The notes beneath the pieces were generated by a model that saw only the letters and a program-made list of their open reading frames with translations, was not told where the DNA came from and did not search any database. A stretch of 64,000 bases of DNA, from NCBI GenBank assembly GCA_963733035.1, contig CAVTBU010000005.1:1696001-1760000 (forward strand). Reading direction: 5' to 3'. This stretch comes from Pirellulales bacterium (GTDB lineage Bacteria > Planctomycetota > Planctomycetia > Pirellulales > PALSA-1355). Position numbers and translations under genes: made by a program. Positions 1 through 9,864 of this stretch are shown in pieces (position 1 is the first letter of the stretch; each line of letters opens with the position of its first letter).

Positions 1-16
1 GCGGATGGGTCGCTGG

Positions 17-520
17 TTAACCTGCATGCTCGCTGTCTCCTTCGTCGAAGAGATGTTTTTCGTCGAGCATCCGCAGGAACTCAATGTCGTCGGCTTGGTA
101 GTAGAGATCGAGATTTTCCAGGAGCGGCAAATCACGGAGCAGCTGTTCGTTCGGGTCGGGCCACACTTGGTTTCCGATGGCAAATCCGACGAGCAGCGCG
201 GCGACCATCGAAATCACGCCGGCCAGTCGTTGCCGCTGACGCTGGCGAGGCAATTGACGCGTGACCTCCCTTGCGTCTTCGGCGGCCGAAAGGGCCACCA
301 TCTCGAGCGTGGTCTTCGTGAATTCCTCACCGACCGACGCTCGCGGCAATCGGTCGAGTAAGCCCCAGGCGCGCTCCATTTCCTGCAACTGCCGGTGATA
401 ATCCGCGTCGCGGGCCAACCGCTCTTCCACGCGGCGCACGCCTTCGGCGTCCAGTTCGCCGTCGAGATAAGCGGACAGCTCGTCTTCGACTTCATTTGGT
501 GTGGAAAAATGGTCTGCCAT
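17..520 (-). CDS. Membrane-anchored anti-sigma factor
   Basis: N-terminal ELSAYLDGEL motif typical of zf-HC2-like anti-sigma domains, one TM helix (LAGVISMVAALLVGFAIG), directly downstream of an ECF sigma gene. Confidence 0.8.
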   Translation of the reverse strand: MADHFSTPNEVEDELSAYLDGELDAEGVRRVEERLARDADYHRQLQEMERAWGLLDRLPRASVGEEFTKTTLEMVALSAAEDAREVTRQLPRQRQRQRLAGVISMVAALLVGFAIGNQVWPDPNEQLLRDLPLLENLDLYYQADDIEFLRMLDEKHLFDEGDSEHAG

Positions 521-552
521 GGTCGGCTTGATTCGTTTCTGTTTCGCTCGCG

Positions 553-1188
553 CTATTGCGGACGCGTGCCGTCCGCGAAATACGGTTCCAGCAATTCTTT
601 CAGGTTCACGCGGGCCCTCGACAACAGCGATTTGATCGCCTGGGGCGACATTTCCATGGTGGTGGCGATGTCGGCGTAGCTCATGTCCTCGAATTTATTG
701 AGTAGCACGGCCATTCGCTGCCGCTCACTTAGTCCCTGAAGCGCCTCGCGCACGATGTCTCGCAACTCGGCCTTGTCCATTTGTCTGGCGGGCATGGCAC
801 CGCTGGCGGCCACGGCCATCTTGTCGAGCATGCCGATGCTGCCCGACTCGGTGGGACGCGTCGAAACATTCACTTCCGGACGCCGCGAACGCGACCGCAG
901 GGCATTGGCCGCCACGTTGTTCGCGATCGTGTATAACCAGGTGGAAAACTTGGCGCCCGCCACGTATCGCTTGCGGGCACGGTACACGCGCAAAAAAACC
1001 TCTTGGGCCAGGTCCTCGGCCTGATCGCGCCTGCCGACCAAATGCTCGAGCACCGTCACCAGCCGGTTCTGATACCGCAGCATCAACTCGTCAAAGGCAG
1101 CGGCGTTGTCGTCGCGCACCTTCAGCATCAACCGCACGTCGGGGTCTTGAAGCTGGTAGCGCTGGGCAGAGGATTCACTGACCGCCAA
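553..1188 (-). CDS. ECF RNA polymerase sigma-70 factor
   Basis: Region 2 AEDLAQEVFLRVY...FSTWLYTIANN; region 4 LSERQRMAVLL...SYADIA...KSLLSRAR. Confidence 0.93.
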   Translation of the reverse strand: MAVSESSAQRYQLQDPDVRLMLKVRDDNAAAFDELMLRYQNRLVTVLEHLVGRRDQAEDLAQEVFLRVYRARKRYVAGAKFSTWLYTIANNVAANALRSRSRRPEVNVSTRPTESGSIGMLDKMAVAASGAMPARQMDKAELRDIVREALQGLSERQRMAVLLNKFEDMSYADIATTMEMSPQAIKSLLSRARVNLKELLEPYFADGTRPQ

Positions 1189-1451
1189 TGCAGGCGCCTC
1201 GCTGTCACGTCGTCGCCGTTGTTCATTTCCTCAAAGGACCTTTCAGTTTACCACATCCAAACCCGACGGCCCCCCAGGTATTGAACGCCGAGGGAAGCGC
1301 TGGGTTTCGGAGCCGCTGGCGCGCTCAACCCGCCCGTCGACACCCCGGCTCGACAGCCCGCCGGTCAGAGCCTACGTTAAAACGCGGAAATTTGAGGCCG
1401 CCAGAGGCGGCGCGCACGTCGTCCGCGTCACCCTTTTTCTCAGGCATCGCC

Positions 1452-2237
1452 ATGCTTTTCGATCTCACCGGCCGAACGGCCATCGTTACCGGCGGCGCCA
1501 GCGGCATCGGCAGAGCCACGGCCATTGCGCTGGCTAGCGCGGGAGCCAAAGTTTTTGTGGGCGATCTGCATCCGCGCGACGAAAATTCCACGAGCTTTGC
1601 CCCGCTTGGGATCCACGAACAAACATGTGACGTCCGCCAGGAGTCGGACATCCGCGCCCTGGTCGAACGGGCAGTTCAGGCGGAGGGCGGATTGCATATC
1701 GTGGTCAGTAACGCCGGCATCAACATGACCGGGCAAGTTCCCGACCTGACCAGCGCCGACTGGGATGAATGCTTCGATACGAATCTCAAAGCCGCGTTTT
1801 TGGTCTGCAAGCACGCGATTGGGCACCTGCGGGCCTCTGGCGGCGGGTCAGTGATATTCACCGCCAGCAATGCCGGCTTGTTGCCCCGAGCGCACGATCC
1901 GCTGTACAGCACCAGCAAAGCGGCATTGATTGCCTTGTGCCGCAGCCTGGCATTGTGCCATGCCGCCGAAAGGATTCGTTTCAACACCGTGTGTCCGGGT
2001 CCGGTTTCCGGCACGGGATTGATCGACGACGCGGTACAATCATCGGCCGATCCACAGTCGACCCGCCAACAGTTCATCGCCGCCAGCCCCCTGGCCAGGG
2101 CGCTGGACCGGATGGTCACTCCCGAAGAGGTCGCCAATGCGATCCTCTATTTTGCCAGCGACGCCGCCGCACTGGTGACCGGTACGTCACTACGCATCGA
2201 CGGCGGCAAATCGCTGGGCGTGCCCCCAAAACGGTGA
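1452..2237 (+). CDS. SDR family oxidoreductase
   Basis: TGGASGIG Rossmann motif, SNAG, catalytic YSTSK; start moved to ATG 1452 (MLFDLTGRTAIV). Confidence 0.92.
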   Translation: MLFDLTGRTAIVTGGASGIGRATAIALASAGAKVFVGDLHPRDENSTSFAPLGIHEQTCDVRQESDIRALVERAVQAEGGLHIVVSNAGINMTGQVPDLTSADWDECFDTNLKAAFLVCKHAIGHLRASGGGSVIFTASNAGLLPRAHDPLYSTSKAALIALCRSLALCHAAERIRFNTVCPGPVSGTGLIDDAVQSSADPQSTRQQFIAASPLARALDRMVTPEEVANAILYFASDAAALVTGTSLRIDGGKSLGVPPKR

Positions 2238-2396
2238 ACTGCCGGTTCAATTTAGCCATTCTGATGGCCGTATGGCAGCTTGGTGCACTTGGAACTCTTG
2301 CATTTTTACGCAATTCCGGCCTATTATAACCCGTTAAGAGGCACTTCTGCGTCGTGGTCCTATCCAACCGATTCCTCTTTCGGAAACCAAGTAGCC

Positions 2397-4301
2397 ATGA
2401 GACCTTCCGGCAAGTTGCTGTGGATCGCGCCGCTGTGCGCCGCTCTGGCGGTTAGCTCACTGGCCTCGCCAGGGCTCGCTAACGAAGCCAGTTCGTCCAA
2501 AGAAGTGACCCCGAATCTCGGCCGGAAGGTCGAGGACTTCTCGCTGCAGGACTATCGGGGCAAGAAGTATTCGCTCGCCGACTTCAAAGATGCGAAGCTC
2601 GTGGTGGTCGCCTTCCTGGGCGTCGAATGTCCGCTGAGCAAGTTGTACGCTCCCAAGCTTGTGCAGTTGGCCAAGGACTACGAAGCAAAAGGCGTGAAGG
2701 TGATCGGCCTCGACCCGAACCGCCAGGATGCGGTGACGGAAATGGCGGCCTATGCCAACGAGCATGAACTCAACTTCCCGCTGTTAAAAGACCTCAACAA
2801 CAAGCTCGCCGACGTCATGGGCGCCGCCCGCGTTCCGCAAGTGTTCGTGCTCGACGGCGATCGTACGATCCGTTATTCCGGCCGCGTCGACGATCAATAC
2901 GGCTTCGACACGGGCAGCGGATACGCCAAACCAAACATCAGCCGCCATGACTTGGAGGCGGCCGTCAACGAACTGTTGGAAGGGAAAGACGTCAGCCAGC
3001 CCGAGACCCGGTCGATCGGCTGTTTGATTGGCCGCGTGCGCCCGGTGCAAGAAAACGCCGAGGTAACCTACTCGAACCAGATCGCGCGCATTTTCCAGGA
3101 CCGTTGCGTCGAGTGCCATCGACCGGGGCAGATTGGTCCGTTCGCGTTGCAGAGCTACGACGACGCGGTGGGCTGGAGTGAGATGATCGAAGAAGTGGTG
3201 CGCGACGGTCGGATGCCCCCCTGGCATCCGGATCCCAAGTTTGGGCACTTCAGCAACGATATTTCGCTCACGAAAAAGGAAAAGGAACTGATCTATCAGT
3301 GGGTTGCCGCGGGAGCCCCGGAAGGCAATCCCAAGGATCTACCGCCGGCCAAGGAGTACGCCGGCAGTTGGATGATGCCCGGCGGACCGGACGCGGTGTT
3401 TTACATGACCGACGAACCGGTTGACGTGCCCGCCGAAGGCACGGTCGAATATCGCTACTACGTGGTCGATCCCGGCTTCAAGGAAGACAAGTGGGTGCAA
3501 GTGGCCGAATGCATGCCGGATAATCGCGGCGTGGTGCACCACATGATCGTGTTCCTCAAGCCTCCTGCGGCGGATGACGACGGCGCGAAAAGCGGCCGCG
3601 GCGCCGCTCGCGGCCAGGCCTCGTTCGGCCAACTCTGTGGTTTTGCCCCCGGCACACGCCCGATTGTGCTGCCGACTGGCATGGCCAAGCTGATCCCGGC
3701 CGGCTCGAAGCTTGTGTTTCAAATGCACTACACGCCCAACGGCTCGCCGCAAAAGGACCGCAGCGCCGTGGGAATGAAGTTCTGTGACGCGGACACGGTG
3801 AAGTATCGCGTGGCCACGTCGAACGCCATTAACGCGTTCTTTGAAATTCCCCCCGGCGACCCGAACTACAAGGTGGAATCGACACGCACCTACGGCAAAG
3901 AAGTACAGATGCTGTCGGTGTTTCCGCATATGCACTTGCGGGGAAAGGATTTTCACTACGAGTTGATTTATCCGGACGGCCACAAGGAAACGATCCTGAA
4001 CATGCCGCGGTACGACTTCAACTGGCAGACGAGCTACATCTTCAACGAACCGCTGAAGTTGCCGGCTGGTACCACGCTGCATTGCACCGCGCATTTCGAT
4101 AACTCGGCCGACAATCCGGCCAACCCCGACCCCAGCATTCCGGTGCGGTGGGGTGACCAAACCTGGGAAGAAATGATGATCGGCTGGTTCGACATTGCCG
4201 TGCCCAAGGACTGGGATATTGGCGACGTTTTGCCGCGTACCGGTCGTCGCGGCCGACCAAACGCTGACGCAGATGACGAAACGAACGATGCTGCGGGTTA
4301 A
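2397..4301 (+). CDS. Secreted redoxin + c-type heme + copper type II monooxygenase-like fusion protein
   Basis: Signal peptide; AhpC/TSA-like domain (FLGVECPLS); CVECH heme motif; HHM, PHMHLRG and EEMM putative Cu ligands. Confidence 0.8.
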   Translation: MRPSGKLLWIAPLCAALAVSSLASPGLANEASSSKEVTPNLGRKVEDFSLQDYRGKKYSLADFKDAKLVVVAFLGVECPLSKLYAPKLVQLAKDYEAKGVKVIGLDPNRQDAVTEMAAYANEHELNFPLLKDLNNKLADVMGAARVPQVFVLDGDRTIRYSGRVDDQYGFDTGSGYAKPNISRHDLEAAVNELLEGKDVSQPETRSIGCLIGRVRPVQENAEVTYSNQIARIFQDRCVECHRPGQIGPFALQSYDDAVGWSEMIEEVVRDGRMPPWHPDPKFGHFSNDISLTKKEKELIYQWVAAGAPEGNPKDLPPAKEYAGSWMMPGGPDAVFYMTDEPVDVPAEGTVEYRYYVVDPGFKEDKWVQVAECMPDNRGVVHHMIVFLKPPAADDDGAKSGRGAARGQASFGQLCGFAPGTRPIVLPTGMAKLIPAGSKLVFQMHYTPNGSPQKDRSAVGMKFCDADTVKYRVATSNAINAFFEIPPGDPNYKVESTRTYGKEVQMLSVFPHMHLRGKDFHYELIYPDGHKETILNMPRYDFNWQTSYIFNEPLKLPAGTTLHCTAHFDNSADNPANPDPSIPVRWGDQTWEEMMIGWFDIAVPKDWDIGDVLPRTGRRGRPNADADDETNDAAG

Positions 4302-4429
4302 AACGTGTGTATCCAGTGGCTATCGCGCCGCCGCGGTAGCCACTGGGCAATCGACGGGTTAAGATTGCGTGGATCATTGACGTTTGCGCGCTTATCGTCG
4401 TTGAAATCTTCTTCCGAACCTCTTTACTC

Positions 4430-4858
4430 GTGTCATTCAGCAGACCCATGTGGAGCAGACCTCACTCGCTTCTTATTGTCGGTCGACGATTTCCGTTGTT
4501 CCTTGCCTCAAGTCTGGTGGCCTGCCTGATGCTGGGGTGCGTCAAGCCGATGCCGCCCGAACACGTCGCCGCCATCTCCAAGATGCAAGGACTCGGAGGC
4601 AAGGTCTTGTTCGAAAATGGCGGCTATCGGCTCAACATGGCCGATTCACGCGTCACAAACGACGACCTGGCCCATTTGGCGAACGTCGAGAACCTGAAGA
4701 CGCTCGACCTACGCAACACGCAGGTGAGCGACGAAGGCATCAAGAAGCTCGTCCCGCTCAAGTCGTTGAATCTCGTCATTCTGGCCGGCAGCCAAGTGAC
4801 CGCCGAAGGCATTGAGGCCTTGAAAGCGGCCCGGCCCGACATCAAGATTTCCCGCTAG
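4430..4858 (+). CDS. Small leucine-rich-repeat lipoprotein
   Basis: Lipobox-like LMLGC; LRR units [19 protein letters not shown] and [19 protein letters not shown]; start uncertain. Confidence 0.7.
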   Translation: MSFSRPMWSRPHSLLIVGRRFPLFLASSLVACLMLGCVKPMPPEHVAAISKMQGLGGKVLFENGGYRLNMADSRVTNDDLAHLANVENLKTLDLRNTQVSDEGIKKLVPLKSLNLVILAGSQVTAEGIEALKAARPDIKISR

Positions 4859-5325
4859 TCACTCGTCCGTCCAAGCAAGATCCGTTGGATCGCTTCGTGA
4901 CGGTAGGCGAAGATGGCGTCCAATTTCCGCCGCACGAGTGGATGCGCCAGGTTGCCAAACGGTGCTAGTGGCAACGCATAATTCACGTCGTCCTCGATGA
5001 CCGTTCCCCCGTCACGCGCTTCGAAGCGGTGCGTGTGAATCCACGTCTTGTAGGGTCCCGCGAGTTGCTCGTCGACAAAGACATGAGGCGGATCCCAGCG
5101 GCTGATCAGGCTCCGCCAACGAAGCCGAATTCCAAACACCCGAATCCGGTAGTCCAATTGCGTCCCCACACGCATCTCAATTCTCCCGGGGGTCGCAATG
5201 CGAAACCCCATCGCCGGGGGCGTGATCCGACTGAGATTCGCCGCGTCCGAAAAGAACGCGAACACCTGTTCCCGTGGGAGCGGCAGAAACATCGACGTTT
5301 TCAGCACATGGGACACGCGATCCAC
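4855..5325 (-). CDS. SRPBCC/cyclase family protein
   Basis: [42 protein letters not shown] motifs. Confidence 0.85.
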   Translation of the reverse strand: MDRVSHVLKTSMFLPLPREQVFAFFSDAANLSRITPPAMGFRIATPGRIEMRVGTQLDYRIRVFGIRLRWRSLISRWDPPHVFVDEQLAGPYKTWIHTHRFEARDGGTVIEDDVNYALPLAPFGNLAHPLVRRKLDAIFAYRHEAIQRILLGRTSD

Positions 5326-5379
5326 CTCCGCACGATGAACCGCGATCGCGGCGGATTCATCACGCGGTCGGTCCGCAGT

Positions 5380-6254
5380 TTACTCGTGCGGCTGCCCGGC
5401 GACGGAGTTCGCTGCAGCCTGCGGCTGCAGGTAATGGAGGTTGCGCCGCGGAAACGTGTGCCGGCTGACGGGCGCGAAGCCGCCCGCTTCGTGGAAGTAC
5501 ATGTAGTGCGTGATCAGCGTGACCTCGGGGCCGATCTGAATGAGGTTGAAGGAGTTCTTTTCACGCTCTCGGGCGCGGCCGCGGCGCGAGGTGGTGGTGC
5601 CACATTGCACGACAATGATTCCGCTGGTGGGAGTCTTGCTGCGGTAAAGATCGAGTGAATTGCCGATGTAGGCGCGGTGCAGATGGCCACCCAAGATCAA
5701 CTCGACGCCCAACTCATTGAAGCGGTCCAGTGCCTCGCGTGCCCGCCACATGACGTCGTTCCGATCGTCGTAATCTGGCGCCGGCGCGAAGTGGTGATGG
5801 GCAACCACGATCTTCACGGCCGACTTGGGGGCGCTGCGAAAGGCCTCGGCGCAAAAATCGAGTTGCCAGCGATCGAGGCGGCCGTTGGTAACCGTCATCA
5901 GAGGCGAGGTGGAATTAATCGACACGATCGCCGCATCGTCACGCACCAGCACCGAATTTAATTCTTGGCTGATGTACTGCTGGTAGTTCGCATACGGTTC
6001 CAATAGCCGCTCGAAAACGCGGTACAGCGGCACATCGTGATTGCCTGGTGTCACGATGACGGGCACGGGTGGCAAGCGATCGAGAAACGACCGTGCTTCG
6101 GCGAACTGCTGGCGCTTGCGCGCTGCGTGAAATCGCCGCTTGCCACCACGATATCCGGCGACAACTCTTGTGCCGCGCGAAGCACGGCCTCGCCGACCAT
6201 CGGCAGATAGGCCGGGCCGAAGTGCAAATCGGAAACGTGCAGCAAACTGAGCAT
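5380..6254 (-). CDS. Metallophosphoesterase (calcineurin-like), one frameshift near 6118
   Basis: HVSDLHFG and ASGDFTQRA in one frame; PGNHD, AHHH and GGHLH in the next frame; 1 nt missing at CAGCGCGCAAG (minus strand). Confidence 0.85.
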
Positions 6255-6605
6255 GGTGGTTCGATCCTGGTCGTCCTTGTAACACACAGCCCACGTTCTG
6301 GGCAGATCGCTCGGTTAGGCCAGCCAAAAACCGGCGTCGCCGCCAGCGTGGCCCCGATCCGCGGACTTGGCCGATCGCCCTGTTCCGGCTACCAAAGTAG
6401 CTAGCCGAAACGGCTTAGGACGGCTATGATAGGACCCAGTTATCCGGGCCCCGTGGCAAGGTACGCTCCTTCGCACCGAGCGTAATCCCCCGACTGGAGC
6501 GGGCCCATACGCGCAATCCACATCAAACACTAACCGTTGCCTAATACTGCCATGGTATCCATGACGCGTCGAGAGGCATCAGCGAGTTTAGTGGAAATGG
6601 TGGAT

Positions 6606-7298
6606 ATGGCTGCCCATCGCGTCCTCGTCGTCGACGACGAAGAGGATTTGCTGGAATTAGTTCGGTACAACCTGAGCAAAGAGGGTTTTCAGGTTCAGTG
6701 CGTCGCATCGGGCGAAGAGGCCATTCAGGTGGCCCGCAGCCAGTTGCCCGACGTGATCTTATTGGACCTGATGTTGCCGACCGTTGACGGTTTGGGCGTC
6801 TGCAAAATCCTCAAGGGGAGTCCCCAAACACAGCAAATTCCGATCGTCATGCTGACTGCCAAGACGGCCGAGGCCGACGTGGTCAGCGGGTTGGAGCTGG
6901 GCGCCGACGACTATGTTACCAAGCCCTTCAGCCCGCGCGTGCTGCTGGCACGCATTCGTGCCGTGCTTCGCCGCAAGTCTCACACGCCGGCCGGCGAGGA
7001 AGATCCCAGCACCATCCGCGTTCATGAGATGGTGATTCATCCGGGACGTCACGAGGTGCTGCTCCGCGGCCGAGCCGTCGAACTCACGTTTACCGAATTC
7101 CGCCTGCTGCAGTTTCTGGCCCGCAAGCCAGGTTGGGCCTTTTCGCGCGGCCAGATTGTCGACGCCGTCAAAGGCGAGGATTATCCGGTCACCGAACGTA
7201 GCGTCGACGTGCAAGTTGCCGGGTTGCGGAAGAAGATGGGAGATTTAGGTCACTACGTGGAAACGGTGCGAGGGGTAGGCTACCGATTCAAGGAGTAG
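6606..7298 (+). CDS. OmpR/PhoB-family response regulator
   Basis: VLVVDDE, LLDLMLP, GADDYVTKPFS, winged-helix C-terminus VETVRGVGYRF. Confidence 0.93.
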   Translation: MAAHRVLVVDDEEDLLELVRYNLSKEGFQVQCVASGEEAIQVARSQLPDVILLDLMLPTVDGLGVCKILKGSPQTQQIPIVMLTAKTAEADVVSGLELGADDYVTKPFSPRVLLARIRAVLRRKSHTPAGEEDPSTIRVHEMVIHPGRHEVLLRGRAVELTFTEFRLLQFLARKPGWAFSRGQIVDAVKGEDYPVTERSVDVQVAGLRKKMGDLGHYVETVRGVGYRFKE

Positions 7299-7300
7299 CC

Positions 7301-9067
7301 ATGCCCAAACGTCGCCTCGCGTGGCATCTGCTGCCCTCCTACGTCCTGCTGGTCGTGGCCGCCGCGATACTGCTGGGCTGGGCCGCGCTTCACGTGTTGG
7401 AAAACTCGTCGATCGAAACGGCGCGTGGCGAACTGAACGGGCTGGCCGACTTTCTTGACTGGCGGCTCGGCCCGGACGTGCCGGCTGATCGCACGGCCTT
7501 TGGGCGCCTTGCGCGTCGACTGGACGATGCCACCGGTGTGCGAGTTACGCTGCTGCTGACAGACGGCCGCGTCGATTCCGACAGTCTGGACCGTCCCGAG
7601 GAGTTCGACAACCAACGCACGCGTCCCGAACTCGAAGCCGCACTGGATGGCGAGCGCCGCAGCGCGATTCGCTACAACCCGGGGCTCGACGAGCGCGTGC
7701 TGTACCAGGCCGTGCCCATCGTGCGCCACGGTCGGTTGTTCGGGGCGTTCTACCTTTCGAAGTCGCTGGGAAGTGTCGATCGTGCCGTTTCACGGTTGCA
7801 GACGATGATGCTATTGGCGGCCCTGGCGCTGGTGGGCGTGGCGGCGCTGTTGGCGTGGCGAACGGTGCGCATGATTTTGCGGCCGCTCGAGCTGCTTCGC
7901 GCCGCGCTCGATCGGTTTGGCGAAGGACAATGGAATGCCCGCGTCACGGTACCCGACGATCGCGAAACAGCCGAACTGGCAAGTGCATTCAACCGCACGG
8001 CCGACCGGTTGCAAGGCCGAATCGGCATCCTCGTCCAGCACAACAACGAACAGAAGGCCGTGCTGGCGAGCATGGCCGAAGGCGTGCTGGCCGTCGACAG
8101 CCAGGAGAGGATTATCAGCCTCAACCGCGCGTCGGGGCGTTTGCTGGGACTCGATCAGGCGCACGTACAGGGCCGACGGCTACAGGAAGTCGTGCGGAAT
8201 GCGGATCTCAGCCGATTCGTCAGCCGCGCGCTGGAGATTCCCGGGCCCATTGAAGCCGACATCGTCCTACTCGGAGAACGCGAGCGCGTGATGCAGGCCC
8301 ACGGTTCGGCGCTGCACGACTTGGACGGCCGACCGATCGGCGCCGTGATCGTGTTGAACGATGTGACCGACTTCCGCAAGCTGGAATTGATTCGCCGCGA
8401 CTTCGTGGCTAATGTCTCGCACGAGCTCAAGACGCCCGTCACGTCGATCAAGGGCTTTGTCGAGACGCTGCTCGACGGGGCCAAGGACGATCCGATCGAT
8501 TCCGACCGCTTTCTGCGGATCATTGCCAAGCAGGCCGACCGATTGCACGCGATCATCGAGGACTTGCTGGCCCTCTCGAAGATCGAACAGAGCGAGGACC
8601 ACGAGGATGTCGTCCTCGCGTCTGCTCCGCTCAAACCACTGCTCGATAGCGCGCTAACGACCTGCCAGTCGACGGCGCGCGATCGGCAAATCGAGGTCAC
8701 GCTCGAGTGTCCGCCTGAAATGCGGGCCAGGATCAATGCCTTGCTCCTGGAACAAGCGGTGGTCAACCTGCTCGACAATGCAATCAAGTACAGCGAACCG
8801 GAAAGTGAAGTGCGAGTGACGGCCTGCGATGACAACGGGGAGGTGAACATCTGCGTTGCCGATCATGGACCTGGCATCGCCGAGGAACACCTGCCACGCA
8901 TCTTCGAAAGGTTCTACCGCGTCGATCGTGCCCGCAGCCGCAAGCTGGGCGGCACCGGTCTGGGCCTGGCCATCGTCAAGCATATCGCTCAGGTCCACCA
9001 CGGCCGCGTAACCGTCGACAGCACGGTCGGCGCGGGCAGCACATTCACGATCCATTTGCCAAAGTAG
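7301..9067 (+). CDS. PhoR-like sensor histidine kinase (TM-HAMP-PAS-HisKA-HATPase)
   Basis: RRDFVANVSHELKTP H-box, NLLDNAIKY, FERFYRVDRARSRKLGGTGLGLAIVKHI. Confidence 0.93.
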   Translation: MPKRRLAWHLLPSYVLLVVAAAILLGWAALHVLENSSIETARGELNGLADFLDWRLGPDVPADRTAFGRLARRLDDATGVRVTLLLTDGRVDSDSLDRPEEFDNQRTRPELEAALDGERRSAIRYNPGLDERVLYQAVPIVRHGRLFGAFYLSKSLGSVDRAVSRLQTMMLLAALALVGVAALLAWRTVRMILRPLELLRAALDRFGEGQWNARVTVPDDRETAELASAFNRTADRLQGRIGILVQHNNEQKAVLASMAEGVLAVDSQERIISLNRASGRLLGLDQAHVQGRRLQEVVRNADLSRFVSRALEIPGPIEADIVLLGERERVMQAHGSALHDLDGRPIGAVIVLNDVTDFRKLELIRRDFVANVSHELKTPVTSIKGFVETLLDGAKDDPIDSDRFLRIIAKQADRLHAIIEDLLALSKIEQSEDHEDVVLASAPLKPLLDSALTTCQSTARDRQIEVTLECPPEMRARINALLLEQAVVNLLDNAIKYSEPESEVRVTACDDNGEVNICVADHGPGIAEEHLPRIFERFYRVDRARSRKLGGTGLGLAIVKHIAQVHHGRVTVDSTVGAGSTFTIHLPK

Positions 9068-9115
9068 TACGGACTCGCGAGGTACTTTTTCCGGAAGTCG
9101 CGAGTCGCGCATTCG

Positions 9116-9715
9116 CTAGCCATCAAGGCCTTGCCATGGGTACTCGATGTAGCGCGCCGTCTCGTCGGCTTTCTCTCGGCCCAGCAAGCGGGCGACGACG
9201 TGAAATGACATGTCGATGCCGGCCGCCACTCCGGCGGAGGTAATCACCCGGCCGTTGTCGACCACGCGGCGATCATCGCAGACGTCGGTCTGCGGGGCGA
9301 GTTGCTTGAGCAGATCAAGCGCCAGGTGATGCGTCGTGGCAGCCAGCCCATCCAGCAGTCCCGCCTTGGCCAAGAGTAATGCCCCGGTGCACACCGAAAG
9401 CACCAACTCCGCTTGAGACGCGCCGGCGCGAATCCAATCGATCGTTTCATTATCGTTCACCAGTGGCCGGGTCCCCTGCCCTCCTGGGATCAATAGCAGG
9501 TCGATCGGCGGCGCGGTTTGCCAGGTATGGTCCGGCACCACCTGCAAGCCGTTGCGGGCCAGCAGCTTGTCCGGCGTCTTGGCGATGGTGCAAACCCGGA
9601 AACTGTCGGGCGCGATCTGCTGGCCGGCGACCGAGAAGACCTCGAACGGGCCGCAGAAGTCCAGCACTTCGACGTCCGGAAAGATGAAGATGCCGACCGT
9701 GCGGATTCGTGTCAT
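9116..9715 (-). CDS. DJ-1/PfpI family protein
   Basis: EVLDFCGPFEVF, SVCTGA nucleophile elbow, ITSAGVAAGID. Confidence 0.9.
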   Translation of the reverse strand: MTRIRTVGIFIFPDVEVLDFCGPFEVFSVAGQQIAPDSFRVCTIAKTPDKLLARNGLQVVPDHTWQTAPPIDLLLIPGGQGTRPLVNDNETIDWIRAGASQAELVLSVCTGALLLAKAGLLDGLAATTHHLALDLLKQLAPQTDVCDDRRVVDNGRVITSAGVAAGIDMSFHVVARLLGREKADETARYIEYPWQGLDG

Positions 9716-9761
9716 CGTTATAGATCCCGCGGATAACCACGCGGCCAATCGGGAGGCAAGA

Positions 9762-9789
9762 AAGCCCAGGGAACGTTTTCCCTGGGCTT
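9762..9789 (-). terminator. Intrinsic terminator-like hairpin after the PDZ gene
   Basis: 12-bp perfect stem AAGCCCAGGGAA/TTCCCTGGGCTT with 4-nt loop; short T-rich tail on the minus strand. Confidence 0.65.
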
Positions 9790-9864
9790 CGGTGAAGTTT
9801 AGCGTTCTCGGAGGTGTTGTCGCAAGCTGGCGCGGGTTCCCTATCGCCGGCGACTTAGCGTCGT

